DNA from: Eledone cirrhosa
Taxonomy: Eukaryota
Reading direction: 5' to 3'
NCBI GenBank assembly: GCA_964016885.1
Contig: OZ024748.1
Coordinates: 24,118,001-24,182,000 of the forward strand
DNA: 64,000 bases
The notes under the pieces were generated by a model. The model was not told where the DNA came from, ran no database searches, and saw only the letters and a list, made by a program, of their open reading frames with translations. Position 1 is the stretch's first letter. Every line of letters begins with the position of its first letter. Position numbers and translations under genes: made by a program. Below, piece by piece: positions 26,440 through 42,172 of this stretch.

Positions 26440-26900
26440 GCTGATGAGTCACTGCATTGCTACTCAGAGTTTTACACAGAGTTTTCTGTGGTGACTCCGA
26501 GTTTCATCATTGATTAAAGCATGGAGTGGCTTTATACGTTCCAGACCGTAGCCCTTGATTTACCAGAAAAATTGAGACAGTTCTAAAGAGTTTTCCGCAT
26601 TGTTTGATTTAAATGAATGGAGATGATGTTAGTAACGACCTTTGAAAGTATTCATCGTGAGCCTCATGGAATCTATAGAGATGTTATAGCTGTGCGGTGT
26701 ATAACTGTTAAAGGGATTTCAGCATTTGTAAAATAGCCTGTTGGAGTTGTTACATGGATGTGTCCAGTTTGGTTGTAATGAAAGATTTGATTAGTGATAT
26801 TACCCAGACAGGAATAGATGACTTCTGTACCTTAAAAAGACATTTGTGTCCATCGGTTTATGTGGTCTTACTGAATTTCCTAGCTATGTTCGTAGCAACA
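26440..26900 (-). pseudogene. Highly decayed Hydra-type PLE linker and GIY-YIG fragment
   Basis: Hand translation gives [15 protein letters not shown] and LTMNTFKGRY*HHLHSF..ELSQFFW, resembling the 4960-6039 protein. Confidence 0.55.
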
Positions 26901-27083
26901 TTTAATGCACGATTAACTCGCCTTGTACCGCCATATATGGTTTTGGTCACACACACGCGCCAACTATATATATGTGCCTATATAGTACATTCAACTGTGA
27001 TGTGTATATGTGCCTATAGATGCATACATACATATATATATATGTGTGTGTGTATATATATATATATGCATATATATTATTTG

Positions 27084-27215
<132 letters not shown>

Positions 27216-27756
27216 GCTCGCGCGTGGGTGGGTGTGTGCGTGTATATATACTTTCCAAGATTCTTGATGTGTAAGAGTGTATATAAATATAGATATATAC
27301 GTACATACGTATGAATATGTATATAAACATATTCATATATATATATATATATATATATATACGTGTGTGTATGTGCGTGTGTGTGTACATGTGTGTGTGT
27401 GTCTGTTTGTCTGCCTGTTTGTCTGCCTGTCTGTCTCTGTATCTGTGTGTATGTTCATATGTAAATAATCAAATTCAATTTTTCCTACCTTTGATGTATA
27501 ATTAGAGTATAGTGGTATAGTGAGCCGAGGTTATCGTTGATCTGAAATACTACATGAGCTTCTGTGTACACAGATAATTGAGCCTCGTATTAACTGACCA
27601 ACTCTCCACACTCTTCTAATATATCAAAGATGGGGGGCTTAATGAAGATTTTTTATTTGTTTGTTATATTTAAAAATTAATTAGCAAATATTGTATTGAT
27701 ATATATATTATATATATGTGTGTGTATGTGTGTGTGTGTGTGTTTGTTTGTGTGTT

Positions 27757-27860
<104 letters not shown>

Positions 27861-28086
27861 TTTGTGTGTTTGTGAGTTTATACATATATATATGTGTAAA
27901 TATATAAATATATATATATATTGTTATACTTTGGGAGGGTCATGTTGCCAATAAGAAACACACGCACCAGTTGCTTTCACTTCAATTTAATTTAATTTAA
28001 TTTAATATATATTTATAAATTTACAAATTTATAAATTTCTGGTTGGTTGGTTGGTTCCACAACCAGATAGTTGTTTATATATATAT

Positions 28087-28131
28087 AGTCATAGTTCTTT
28101 CGTCACACACTCTGTGACCTCTTCAGTGACT
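28087..28131 (-). ncRNA. Minimal type I hammerhead motif
   Basis: Reverse complement of 29619-29663. Confidence 0.72.
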
Positions 28132-28427
28132 GGGGATTTCTTTCTTCGTTTCTGTGCATTTCCTTTCTTCTATCCTACGCCATTTTGTTTGTGTGTGGGT
28201 TGCGTGCTCAGTTTGCGCATGCGCCACATCCGGGTGTCTGTGTGTGTTTGTGTTCATTTTTCTATTTTTCTATTTATATTTGTTTGTTTATTTATTTATT
28301 TATTGTTGGTTGGTTGTTTGTTCTATGTGTGTGTGTGTTTTCATTTTGTCTTGTGTGTGTTTTCATTTTGTGTGTGTTTTCAATTGTAAGTTGTTTATAT
28401 ATGTGTGTGTGTGTTTTCATTTTGTCC

Positions 28428-28940
28428 TTAATTGTAAGTTGTGATGTTGCTGTTCCACTCATATTTTCTATTTAATTTTGGTTTTAATTCTTTTATGCTT
28501 ACTGCCTCTGTAATTTGCCTAAACATTGCGTCTTTCTTGTGTGTGGATTCTATTTTTATTTCTATGCTCTCTAATTTACCCCTGTGTTCTATCTTAGCAT
28601 GTTGGTAGAGCACAGATGATTCTTTACTATCTTGGAGGTCTCGCCAGTGTTCATTTATTCGTTCCCCTATACTACGAGCTGTCTCACCTATGTACACTAT
28701 ATTTTTGTTTCTACATTGTCCCTCAGTACATCTTATGCTATATACTACATTTCTAGTTTTACAGTTAATATGGGGGCTTATTTTACAGGTTATACATTTC
28801 TTATCTATACATGAGGGTCTTTGGAACGGGTATGTCTTGCTAATAAGTGTTTTTACGGAGGTACCAGGTCTTTCTACTATCTTAATATTGAGATTATGTT
28901 TCTTTAGGGCCCTTCTAAATTTGTAGGCTAGTTCACCTCT
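28428..28940 (-). pseudogene. PLE Cys-rich linker plus GIY-YIG endonuclease (Neptune/Nematis-like), 5'-truncated
   Basis: CIDKKCITC..C..NVVYSIRC..C..YIGETARSIGERINEH..H..H..RQITEA..LNRKYEW. Mirrored on the + strand at about 28960-29322. Confidence 0.88.
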
Positions 28941-29618
28941 AAAATTTGTAGGCTAGTTCACCTGTAAAATAAGCCCCCATATTAACTGTAAAACTAGAAA
29001 TGTAGTATATAGCATAAGATGTACTGAGGGACAATGTAGAAACAAAAATATAGTGTACATAGGTGAGACAGCTCGTAGTATAGGGGAACGAATAAATGAA
29101 CACTGGCGAGACCTCCAAGATAGTAAAGAATCATCTGTGCTCTACCAACATGCTAAGATAGAACACAGGGGTAAATTAGAGAGCATAGAAATAAAAATAG
29201 AATCCACACACAAGAAAGACGCAATGTTTAGGCAAATTACAGAGGCAGTAAGCATAAAAGAATTAAAACCAAAATTAAATAGAAAATATGAGTGGAACAG
29301 CAACATCACAACTTACAATTAAGGACAAAATGAAAACACACACACACATATATAAACAACTTACAATTGAAAACACACACAAAATGAAAACACACACAAG
29401 ACAAAATGAAAACACACACACACATAGAACAAACAACCAACCAACAATAAATAAATAAATAAACAAACAAATATAAATAGAAAAATAGAAAAATGAACAC
29501 AAACACACACAGACACCCGGATGTGGCGCATGCGCAAACTGAGCACGCAACCCACACACAAACAAAATGGCGTAGGATAGAAGAAAGGAAAGGCACAGAA
29601 ACGAAGAAAGAAATCCCC

Positions 29619-29663
29619 AGTCACTGAAGAGGTCACAGAGTGTGTGACGAAAGAACTATGACT
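29619..29663 (+). ncRNA. Minimal type I hammerhead motif
   Basis: agtca-CTGAAGA-g-gtcaca-gagtg-tgtgac-GAAA-gaac-TA-tgact. Perfect stems I and II, vestigial stem III. Confidence 0.72.
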
Positions 29664-29886
29664 ATATATATATAAACAACTATCTGGTTGTGGAACCAAC
29701 CAACCAACCAGAAATTTATAAATTTGTAAATTTATAAATATATATTAAATTAAATTAAATTAAATTGAAGTGAAAGCAACTGGTGCGTGTGTTTCTTATT
29801 GGCAACATGACCCTCCCAAAGTATAACAATATCGGTTTCAACACACGATTTCAGATAAAGAATCTTGCTAAACAAATTCAGAAACG

Positions 29887-29973
<87 letters not shown>

Positions 29974-30101
29974 TGTATATATATATATATATGTGTTTGT
30001 ATATATATATATATATATATATGTTTGTATATATATATATATGTGTTTGTATATATATATATATATATATACAAACATATATATATATATATATATATAA
30101 A

Positions 30102-30147
<46 letters not shown>

Positions 30148-30198
30148 AATGCATAGATAGATGTACTCATAAATGACGACTCACAAATACACCCCATA

Positions 30199-30266
<68 letters not shown>

Positions 30267-30379
30267 GTGTGTGTGTGTGTTAGAGAGAGAGAGAGAGGGG
30301 GGGGGGGAGTGAGGCAAGCAAACGTGAAACAAAGAGACGTGGAGTGTAAATCTGGTAATCTGGGTCATATATAACATTA

Positions 30380-31010
30380 TGGTGGTGGTGGTGGTGGTGG
30401 TGGTGGTGATGGTGATGATGATGGAGATGGTGGTGGTGATGGTGGTGGTGGTGGTAGAGGTGGTGGTGGTGGTGGTGGTGGTGGTGGTGGTGGTGGTGGT
30501 GGTGGTGGTGGTGGTGATGATGGAGATGGTAGTGGTGATGATGATGGTAGTGGTAGTGGTGATGGCGGTGGTGGTGATGGTGGTGGTGGTGATGGTGGTG
30601 GTGATGATGATGAAGATGGTAGTGGTGATGGTGGTGGTGATGATGGTGAAGATGGTAGTGGTGATGGTGGTGGTGGTGATGATGATGAAGATGGTAGTGG
30701 TGATGGTGGTGGTGATGATGATGAAGATGGTAGTGGTGATGGTGGTGGTGATGATGATGATGAAGATGGTAGTGGTGATGGTGGTGGTGGTGATGATGAA
30801 GAATGGTAGTGGTGGTGGCGGTGGTGGTGATGATGATGATGAAGAATGGTAGTGGTGATGGTGGTGATGATGATGATGATGATGGTAGTGGTGATGGTGG
30901 TGGTGGTGATGATGATGATGGTAGTGGTGGCGGTACTGATGAGGATGAGGATGATGCTGATGATGATGATGGTGATGCTGATGTTGGTAATGGCGATGAT
31001 GATGATGATG
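30380..31010. repeat. Compound (GGT/GAT)n trinucleotide repeat
   Basis: Direct reading of the sequence. Confidence 0.95.
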
Positions 31011-31405
31011 AAAATGAGAATGATTATGTGTGTACATTTCTGTACATGTATATATAGGTGTGTGATATTTAGATATAAAATATAATGTGTATAGATGAAT
31101 TTGTGTGTGTGTGTGTGTGTGTGTATGGGTGTGTGTGTATGTGTGTGTATGTGTCTATGTGTATGTGTCTATGTGTATGTGTGCATGTCTGTGTGTGTAT
31201 GTGTGTATGTGTGTGCATGTGTGTATGTGTGTATGTGTTTGTCTGTGTGTATGTGTGTATGTGTGTATGACTGTGTGTGTGTTTGTCTGTGTGCCGGTGT
31301 GCGTGTGTGTGTCTGTGTGCGTCTGTGTGTCTGCGTGCGTGTGTGTGTGTGTGCCTGTGTGTGTGAATGTGTGCTTGCGTGTGTGTGTGTACCTGTGTGT
31401 GTGTA

Positions 31406-31457
<52 letters not shown>

Positions 31458-31717
31458 TGTGTGTGTACGCATGTAAGTATGTCTATTAATGCGTTGCTAT
31501 ACTCACCCACAACAAACTCCCAGAAGATATTGAATTAATAGTTTCAAAGCGAAAAATCTGTTCCGACATTTTTATTTTGCAAATCTGAATGAGGGAGAAA
31601 TATTCCCCCCTCCCCCCTCTATACATACAGTCTCCAGTTCCTTAGTTACAAAACCTATATCTGCGCAAACCAATCTTTATACCATATACTGTGTGCATGT
31701 ATATATATATATATATA

Positions 31718-31794
31718 TTACCCACTCTACTACCCTAAGTATTGAGTACTTTGGTGCGTTATGGTCCATCTGATTCCTTACCACATTTCCTTCG

Positions 31795-31797
<3 letters not shown>
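31718..31797 (+). mobile_element. Short terminus of a (TA)n-inserting element; copies at 43570-43670, 47677-47757 (-) and 51588-51718
   Basis: Shared ctaagtattgagtact..atggtccatctg.ttccttaccacatttccttcgttat, always abutting (TA)n. Confidence 0.75.
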
Positions 31798-31866
<69 letters not shown>

Positions 31867-31996
31867 GTATATATATATATGCGTGTGTGAGTGTGTATGT
31901 GTACATATACATGTACATGAATATGTACATGTGTATCCATACTCGTATATAATATAAATATATATATATATATATATATGTATATAAATATACATG

Positions 31997-32085
<89 letters not shown>

Positions 32086-32552
32086 GTATATATATGTGTG
32101 TGTGTGTGTGTGTTTGTGTTTGTGTGTGTAGATGTAAATGTACATGTATATGCATACTCGTATATAATATAAATATATATATATATATATATATGTATCT
32201 ATGTATATATATATGTATGTATATATGTGTGCGTGCATCGAATATTTTTACGGTAACATGTTAATTGATGTTTCGGATATAAGTAATTCTCATGAAAAAT
32301 AGAAGAATAAAAAGGGAAATAACTAGAGTAAAAGCGAAAAAAAGAACATGAGTACCCGGCGTGTATCTTTACATCGTCGCCATGTTGAAATTAACCGGAA
32401 GTAAGAAAAGAGAAGAAAGTCTTTTCTAATGCCTAAAGAGTGAAATGAGAAAGATGAATGCGTGTTTGCATGTGTGTGTGTGACAGCATGTGTTTGTTTG
32501 TGTGTGTGTGACAGCATGTGTTTGTTTGTGTGTGTGGGGGTGCATGTGTGCG

Positions 32553-32610
<58 letters not shown>

Positions 32611-32699
32611 AACTTAATATATTTCTCGGTAGAGCATTCTGGAGGCATTTTCTCTGCTTTCCTGAACGCACACACACACACACATACACACACACACAC

Positions 32700-32753
<54 letters not shown>

Positions 32754-32768
32754 ATATGATATGGTGAA

Positions 32769-33050
32769 GGCGCATGGCTTAGTGGTTAGAGCAGTAGGCT
32801 TGCAACTGAAAGGTTGTGAGTTCATCATATGATGTGTTGTTTCCTTGAGCAAGACACTTTATTTCACGTTTCTCCAGTTTACTCAGCTGAAAATGAGTAC
32901 CAGCAATAGCTGGAGGTTTAACCCTGCGATGGACTGGCGTCCTGTCCAGGGGGAGGTCTTGTATTCTCAGTTGCTTCACGCCATGAAACCGGGATAAGCA
33001 CCGGCCAAATGAGCCTTCTGGCTTAAGACAGACCTTAGACTTATGGCCTG
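32769..33050 (+). mobile_element. Second tRNA-derived SINE family (CORE-like body)
   Basis: A-box ggcttagtggttag, then ccttgagcaagacactt and cctgcgatggactggcgtcctgtccagggg. Related fragments at about 945-1110 (-) and 45880-45980. Confidence 0.75.
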
Positions 33051-33159
33051 CCCGCCCAGCCAGTGGGATGGCGTCATCGTATGGCTAAAACAGCACGTGC
33101 TGTGACCAGCGGCGCCGAATGGTCGGTCAAGGTGATATATGATATATTTGCAGCAAAGA

Positions 33160-33297
33160 TTTACGGCCCTTTATGGTCTGAGTTCAAATCCCGCCGAGGT
33201 TAACTTTGCCTTTCATCCTTACGTGGTCGATAAAATAAAATACCAGTAATACACTGCGATAATTGCTGGCCTTGTGCCCAAAGTAGAAACAATTATA
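33160..33297 (+). mobile_element. Octopus-type SINE, 3' part
   Basis: Matches the 40200-40436 family. Confidence 0.85.
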
Positions 33298-33694
33298 TAT
33301 ATATACATATAATGTATATCTTCTATATATATATGTCAGTGAGCGTGTACGTGTGTGTATGTGTGTGCGTGTAAGTGTGTGTGAATGTGTGTGTAAGTGT
33401 GTGTGTGTGTGTGCAAGTGTATGTGTGCGTGTGTGTATGTGTGTGCGTGTAAGTGCATGTGTAAGTGTGTGTGTGTGTAAGTGTATGTGTGTGTGTGTGT
33501 GTTTGTCTCCGTGTAAGTGTGCGTGTGTGTGTGTGCACGTAAGATTGTGTGTGTGTGTGTGTGTGTGTACATGCGTAAGTTTGTATATGTGTGTGTAATG
33601 GCCAGCCAATATTGTTTCCAATAAATATTCAGTTTTTGTAATATAAAGTGTGACGTCATATTGTCGCTGTTATTGTTGCTCTTATTTTGGTTTC

Positions 33695-34308
33695 AGTACT
33701 GTTGTTGTTGTTGTTGTTTTGTTGTTGTTGTTGTGGTTGTTGTTGTGGTTGTTGTTGTGGTTGTTGTTTTGTTTAATAGCGCTACTACTGTTATTGTTGT
33801 TGTTATTGTTATTGTTGTTATTGTTATTGTTATTTTGTTGTTGTTGTTATTGTTGTTATTGTTATCGTTTGTGTTGTTGTTATTGTTGTTGTATTGTTGT
33901 TATTGTTGTTATTGTTGTTATTGTTGTTATTGTTGTTGTATTGTTGTTATTGTTGTTATTGTTGTTGTATTGTTGTTATTGTTATTGTTTTTGTTGTTGT
34001 TGTTGTTGTTATTGTTATTTTGCTGTTGTTGTTATTGTTGTTGATGATGATGTCTTATTTTGTTTTCATTTTTTTTTACGTTGTGTTTGTTTAGCTGCTG
34101 CTACTGCGGTTGCTGCTGCTGCTGCTGCTGCTAGTGCGGCGGTTGTTGGGGCCGTTGATGATGATGATGATGATGACGGTGATGATGGTGATGATGATGA
34201 TGATGATGGTGGTGATGGGGATGATAATAATGATGATGACGATGATGGCGATGGGGATGCTGATAATGATGATGATGTTGTTGACGGGGATGACGATGAT
34301 GATGATTA

Positions 34309-34370
<62 letters not shown>

Positions 34371-34805
34371 TTGTTGTTGCTATGGTTATTGTTCTATTAC
34401 AGTTGTTTGCACCGGTTGCTGCTATTATTGTCAAATGTAATTGTTGATGTTGATGATTGTGACGATGACGATGATGATAATGATGGTGGTGATGGTGGTG
34501 GTGGTGGTGGTGGTGGTGGTGGTGGTGATGATGATAATAATGATGATGATGATGATGACGATGATGATGATAATTATGATGATGATGATGGTGATAATAT
34601 TTATGATGATGGTTATGATGATGATAATAATGATAATAATGATGATGATGATGATGATGATAATTATGATGATGATGATGATGGTGATAATATTTATGAT
34701 GATGGTTATGATGATGATAATAATGATAATAATGATGATGATGATGGTGGTGGTGGTGGTGGTGGTGGTGGTGGTGGCGGTGGTGGTGGTGATAACGAAG
34801 ATGAT
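33695..34805. repeat. Compound (GTT/ATT/GCT/GAT/GGT)n trinucleotide repeat
   Basis: Direct reading of the sequence. Confidence 0.95.
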
Positions 34806-34934
34806 GACGTAGTGCAGTTGTTCATCGTATTGTTGTTCCTATATAACCAGTAAAAGTACATATTTGGGAAGGCGGGAAGCAGAGGTTGTTGAGGATTAAA
34901 ACATTATGGTTATTGTTGTGTTTTAATATAAACG

Positions 34935-34965
<31 letters not shown>

Positions 34966-34991
34966 ATGTTGGTGTGGATATATATATATAT

Positions 34992-35065
<74 letters not shown>

Positions 35066-35079
35066 GTTTTAATATAAAC

Positions 35080-35145
<66 letters not shown>

Positions 35146-35284
35146 TATATGTATGCATATATATATATATATATTCATATATATACAGAGAGAGAGGGGG
35201 AAGACGGAGTCAGAGAGTAGCAGTAACAGAGGATCAATATTGAATATGAGTAAATAAATACACCCACATACACACACTAGCGCG

Positions 35285-35400
<116 letters not shown>

Positions 35401-36226
35401 GTTCTATACATATGTCTATGTGTATATATGCAAGTATGTGCGTGTGCATACAATAGGCAATCGATAGCTACTGGCCTTCTAATCAAATCAGAGAACCTCT
35501 GTAGAAAGTCACTGAACCCTAGATTGATTTATCGATCCGTAACTGTAAAGCTAAGGCAAGCCCTCAAAATCGAACTGCTAGGTCACTAACCTAATCAGTA
35601 TGCATCAGCTGACAGAAATCTTCGGACTTGAGATTGCTAGAGGAGATCAGAAATATCGGACGTGAACTAGGTTCTGATAATTTCGCTTTCATTCGGACAT
35701 CTTTAATGTGACCCTTACACATACAAACTCATCTATGTTAACCCCAGTATCGTTTATTTAACAGTGATACTTTTATTTCAACCAGAGTTCCGTTGGTTTA
35801 ACCCCCAAATCGTATAGTTAAATTAAGTACCATTGATATAATCAGGATATTATTGGTTTAAAATGAATATCGTTTGTTTTAAATCCAACCACCGACACTT
35901 TCACCTGAATATTGTTACGTTAATACCCATAACTACGGTTTCGATTAAATGCCTTAGTTTAACCTAATTGTCACTGGTTTAATCTTTTTTTAACTAAAGT
36001 CCGGTTGCTTTACCGACACAGTTCGTTGAAGAAAGAAAGCATTGCTTTCTCCTCGAGTTCTAGCCAGAGTGTCCCTTATATAAATTAGTCGCGATAGCCC
36101 TAACTCTATTGTATGTATCTATTATGTATGTATGTATGCATGTATGTGTGTATGTATGCATGTATGTATGCTTACTTATATACACACACATATATATATA
36201 CATGTATTTAAATATATGTACATGTA

Positions 36227-36266
<40 letters not shown>

Positions 36267-36591
36267 AGTATGTACACGTACATACATTTATGTATACAGA
36301 CGTACAGTAGTATGTATATATATATACATACATGCACATATACATATATATATGTACGTATGGATTCACCGAACATTTATTATAATGCTCGGTGTGTTTG
36401 TAAACAAACATCCCGTATTAAGCCGTAGTGTCTAGCAACCATCGTTGCTCGTTTGTTCAACACTGACAAAGGAACGCTGTACTAGTTTCAAGCTCATTAG
36501 CTATCGTCAGCAACGTATACCTTCCTACCAGACCGTACTAAGAGTGGGAAATGAAATTTCGTTTCATTTTTTCCGTTTATCTATCTATCTA

Positions 36592-36653
<62 letters not shown>

Positions 36654-36686
36654 CCTATACATATATATATATATATCTATCTATAC

Positions 36687-36732
<46 letters not shown>

Positions 36733-36737
<5 letters not shown>

Positions 36738-36900
36738 GTAAAAATTAGAAAGAGAAGCCGGGACTATCCATCATCAGTGATCTACTAGCCATCATAAGTA
36801 TTTCTTCGCATTTGATCTTTAATGCGAAGAAATACCTATGATGGCTAGTAGATCACTGATGATGGATAGTCCCGGTTTCTCTTTCTAATTTTTACTTCAT
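36733..36900. repeat. Near-perfect palindrome with about 80-bp arms and an 8-nt loop, abutting (TA)n
   Basis: atgaagtaaaaattag...cgcatt-tgatcttt-aatgcg...ctaatttttacttcat, with 2 mismatches. Confidence 0.9.
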
Positions 36901-36983
36901 ATGTACCACATTCGCAACAACACAGCACGCCTTTTTTCATTCCTATATATATATATATACATATATGTATGTATGTGTGTGTG

Positions 36984-37110
<127 letters not shown>

Positions 37111-37568
37111 TGTGTACATTGGGAAGGAATTCCTCAACAGATATTAGCTGGAGACAGTTTGGCAATAAAAGCAATTCTGAAGTAATAAGTAAAATGATCG
37201 ACTGACGCTGAAGTAGAATCCTGTCTTATTGCTCCAACATAGAAACCTAGAATCTATAAACCTAATAAGTAGCTCTGCGGAGACTCTACCATTATACTGT
37301 AAATCCATTTAGACATATATCTATACGACTACAAATAATCAGACATTTAATAAGATATCAAAATGTAACGAGATATATAAATTTATTAACACTGATCATT
37401 CATTCGCCGTCATATTGTATCTTCTTGTTCCAGTTTGTTGTTTCACATAAAGTAAAAGATAAGTCTGTGTGGGTGTATGTGTTTGTACGTTCACATGTGT
37501 ATGTCTAAATTTATGAATGCATACATAAATACATATATAAATACACACACACAAACACATACACACAT

Positions 37569-37621
<53 letters not shown>

Positions 37622-38016
37622 GTGTGTGTGAATTTTTATATGAATTTATAACTTTATATATACAAATTTTATACAAATACATATAAATATGTATTTATGT
37701 ATGTATGTATTTATAAATTTATATATACAAATATATATTCAAATCCATATATAAATATATATATATAGTCGACTTCTTTGAGAATGTTTTATATTGGAAT
37801 GGATTTACAGAGAGACGACTTTCTGGGCAGGAAGGTCTGAATGTAGAGGTTATTACAGGACATAGTGAAGAAGACTAGGTTACAACATGGCTCATGAAAG
37901 AAGTAACAAATATGTCGGCAATGCCAGATTGGCTAAAGCATGAAACAGCAGCTAGTTCCGATGAGCAGAAGCTATTGTCATAGTGCTGGAGGAGATAGGA
38001 TGTAAGTAATCATATA

Positions 38017-38326
38017 CAGTGTACCCCCGTCATTCGCGGTCCCGGTTATTCTCGGAATTTTCCTTAGAACCTAATTGATAATTTTTCGTGGAAACCTCCG
38101 AATAGTCGCGGAATCGTAAATATCTTCCGCGATTTTTTATGGAATTTTTCGTGCCAATATATATTTTTTCACGCTTTTTAACTTTAAATTATTAATAACG
38201 ATATACTGTATTTGCCGGCCTATATTTTACGTTATGTTTTGACGTTTAAAGGCATTTTTATGGACCACGTCCAATATTCGCGGGTGTTCTGGGAATGTAA
38301 TCCCCGCGAATACCGGGGAACAACTG
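38017..38326. mobile_element. Tc1/mariner (pogo/Tigger-like) MITE
   Basis: TA|CAGTgtacccccgtcattcgcgg ... ccgcgaataccggggaacaACTG|TA. Imperfect terminal inverted repeats (TIRs) and TA TSD. Confidence 0.8.
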
Positions 38327-39126
38327 TACGTTTAAAAATTCCATAAGTCTAGCTTCTTCATTTTCGTTTTATTATGTGCGAATAGTCAAAATACTTTGCG
38401 GTATTTGGTTACCACTTTCTACGTTCTGAGGTCAAATCCCACCGACATCAACTTTGTCTTTCATCTTTCCGAGGTCAGTTCCCTCTCCTCCCTTGTTGAT
38501 CTTGTGTCAGTAGTTCAAATGTTTAAGATTTCTTCCACTCTAGTTAACATTCACTTCACAAGAGAACCACACCCGAGTCTCCAAAGTAAGAAACATTTGT
38601 AATATCGTCCCTAGAGTCGAACAAAATACCATGCGGTGTGTAATTATGGCACTTTTCCTTCTGAGTTCAAATACCGCCAACATGCAAATTATCTTCCATC
38701 CTTCTAGAGTTGATTAAATAAAGTACCATTCCTTGCAGCCATGTTAGACATAAGACTACTAGTTCAGTGTCACCTCAAATTCTGCTAACAATCTTTATCC
38801 ATTATCCGCCATTTTACCTATTGTATCCGATTAAATAACAGAACTACGTATGCAGAAATATTTGTATACAGATTCTTACATATCAAATAATTAATCTCTT
38901 TCTTTCCTTCTTTATTTATTTATTTATTTGTTTATTTATTTATTTATTTATTGCTTTCTTTCTTTCTTTCTCACTCATCCTCTCTCTTGTTCTCCCTCCC
39001 CCTTTTCTCTCTATGTATGTATGAGTGTATATGTGTGTGTGTATGTGTATGTGTATGCGTGCGAGAAGTTGAATGTGTTAATATGTATACACCTCCACCA
39101 ACTCTTTCTCCTTCTCACTCCTCTCA

Positions 39127-39183
<57 letters not shown>

Positions 39184-39194
39184 ATCTCTCTCTC

Positions 39195-39242
<48 letters not shown>

Positions 39243-39304
39243 TCTATCTATACATACCCACACAAACACACACACACACACACACACATACACTCACACG
39301 CACG

Positions 39305-39359
<55 letters not shown>

Positions 39360-39955
39360 ATACATACACACAAACACACACATACACACACACACATACC
39401 CACACAAACACATACCCACAAAAACACACACACACAGATACCCACACAAACACACACACATACACACATATATATATACATATATGTGTGGGTGTGAGTG
39501 TATATATAATTTCCTATTATCTTAGAGAATGAGTCAACTTTGTTAGTTATCATCATTCCACCAAACACATTCATATTCAAATTTCAATTTAACCAATAAT
39601 CCGATTGACTTATCATAATAACCTTTATTTAAATGGAATTCAATAACTGTAGCAATCTTCATTAAATCCATCTTACACCTCTATCATACATGACAATGCT
39701 TTTTGGCGCACTTTTCTCTGCTGCATTCAATTCCTTAATATATTCACACTTCCTTTGTGTTTTTTATTGTTGTTGCTATTTTGTTTATGTACACACACAC
39801 ACACATACACATACATATACATTCATACATACATACATACATGCTTACAACCATACATAAATACATACATACATACAGACATTCATACATACATACATGC
39901 TTACAACAATACATGCATACATATATACAGACATTCATACATACATACATACATG

Positions 39956-39987
<32 letters not shown>

Positions 39988-40199
39988 CATACATACATAC
40001 ATACATACATACATGCTTTCAACCATACATACATACATACATACATACATACATTCATACAGACATACATACATACATATATTCATACATACATACATAC
40101 ATACATACATGCTTACAACCATACATACATACATACATACATTCATACAGACATACAGACAGACATACAGACATGTATCATACATTATATACATACGTA

Positions 40200-40436
40200 G
40201 GAGGGCGCTGGATTGGCAGTATCGGTAGAGGGTCGGATGCCATGCTTTGCCACATAGAGTTACGGCCCTTTATGATCTGAGTTCAAATCCCGCCGAGGTT
40301 AACTTTGCCTTTCATCCTTACGGGGTCGATAAAATAAAGTACCAGTCACGCACTAGGGTCAATTTCATCGACCCCCCCCCCCAAAAAAAAACCCCAAAAA
40401 AATTGCTGGCCTTGTGCCTAAATAAGAAACCATTAT
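40200..40436 (+). mobile_element. Octopus-type SINE, full length
   Basis: tRNA-like head, gagttcaaatccc B box and conserved tail ggccttgtgcct...agaaac. Confidence 0.9.
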
Positions 40437-40501
40437 ATACATACGTATGTATATCCTTTTACTGGTTTCACACACTCACACAAACACTATATATATATAT
40501 A

Positions 40502-40544
<43 letters not shown>

Positions 40545-40565
40545 TTATATATATATATATATATA

Positions 40566-40606
<41 letters not shown>

Positions 40607-40633
40607 TTATATATATATATAGATATATATATA

Positions 40634-41077
<444 letters not shown>

Positions 41078-42133
41078 ATATATATACATATATAATATTA
41101 TATATATATATATACATATATAATATTATATATATATATATACATATATAATATTATATATATATATATATATATATAATATTATATATATATATATATA
41201 ATTGTTTCTACTTTTGGCACAAGGCCACCAATTACCCAGTGCATTACTGGTACTTTTATATATATATAATATTATAATATATATATATAATATATATATA
41301 ATATTATACATATATATATTATATATATATATTTGTGTGTGCGTGTGTGTGTGTATATACATATGTATGCGTGCACGTACGTAAGTATGTACGTATGTTT
41401 GTATGTATGTATTTATGTATGTATGTATGTGTGTCTGTAGGTATGTATGTGTGTATGTATGCATGTATGTATGTGTGTATGTGTGTGTGTATGTATGTAT
41501 ATATGTATGTATGTACGTTTGTGTGTATGTATATATGTATGTATGTATGATGTATGTACGTTTGTGTGTATGTATGTGTGTGTATGTATATATGTATCTA
41601 TGTGTGTATGTATGTATGTATGTATGTATGTATGTATGTATGTATGTATGTATGTACGTATGTGAGTGTGTGTGTATGTGTGTATGTATGTATGTATGTA
41701 TGTATGTATGTATGTATGTATGTATGTATGTATGTGAGTGTGTGTGTATGTGTGTATGTATGTGTGTATGTATGTATGTACGTATGTGAGTGTGTGTGTA
41801 TGTGTGTGTGTATGTATGTATGTATGTATGTATGTATGTATGTATGTATGTATGTATGTATGTATGTGTGTATGTATGTATGTATGTATGTATGTATGTG
41901 AGTGTGTGTGTATGTGTGTATGTATGTATGTATGTATGTATGTATGTATGTGTGTATGTATGTATGTATGTATGTATGTATGTATGTTTGCTTCTGATTA
42001 TCAATTAATTTCGATGATGGCCGCCTTGTTTTAATTGTGGATCTTTTGATTAACTTTCATCCTAATGAATGTGTGTGTGTCTGTGTGTGTAGGAGTGTGT
42101 TTGTGTGTTTATATATATATGTATATATATATG

Positions 42134-42172
<39 letters not shown>

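Larger units (their letters stand above)
27920..29888. mobile_element. Penelope-like element 3' end duplicated as a large inverted repeat (about 870-bp arms), in (TA)n
   Basis: 27920-28791 is the reverse complement of 28960-29830. The right arm extends to 29888. Confidence 0.92.

Noticed and set aside
26440-26500. CTGATGA-gtcac...gtgac as a hammerhead
   Set aside because: No GAAA follows the stem, and it lies antisense within a decayed PLE coding relic.
32769-32830. tRNA gene
   Set aside because: The tRNA-like head is degenerate and runs into a SINE body, with no complete cloverleaf.
29868-34853. Long His/Thr/Val/Asp-rich ORFs, and the many YI/CV/HT ORFs elsewhere
   Set aside because: They are translations of stop-free microsatellites.
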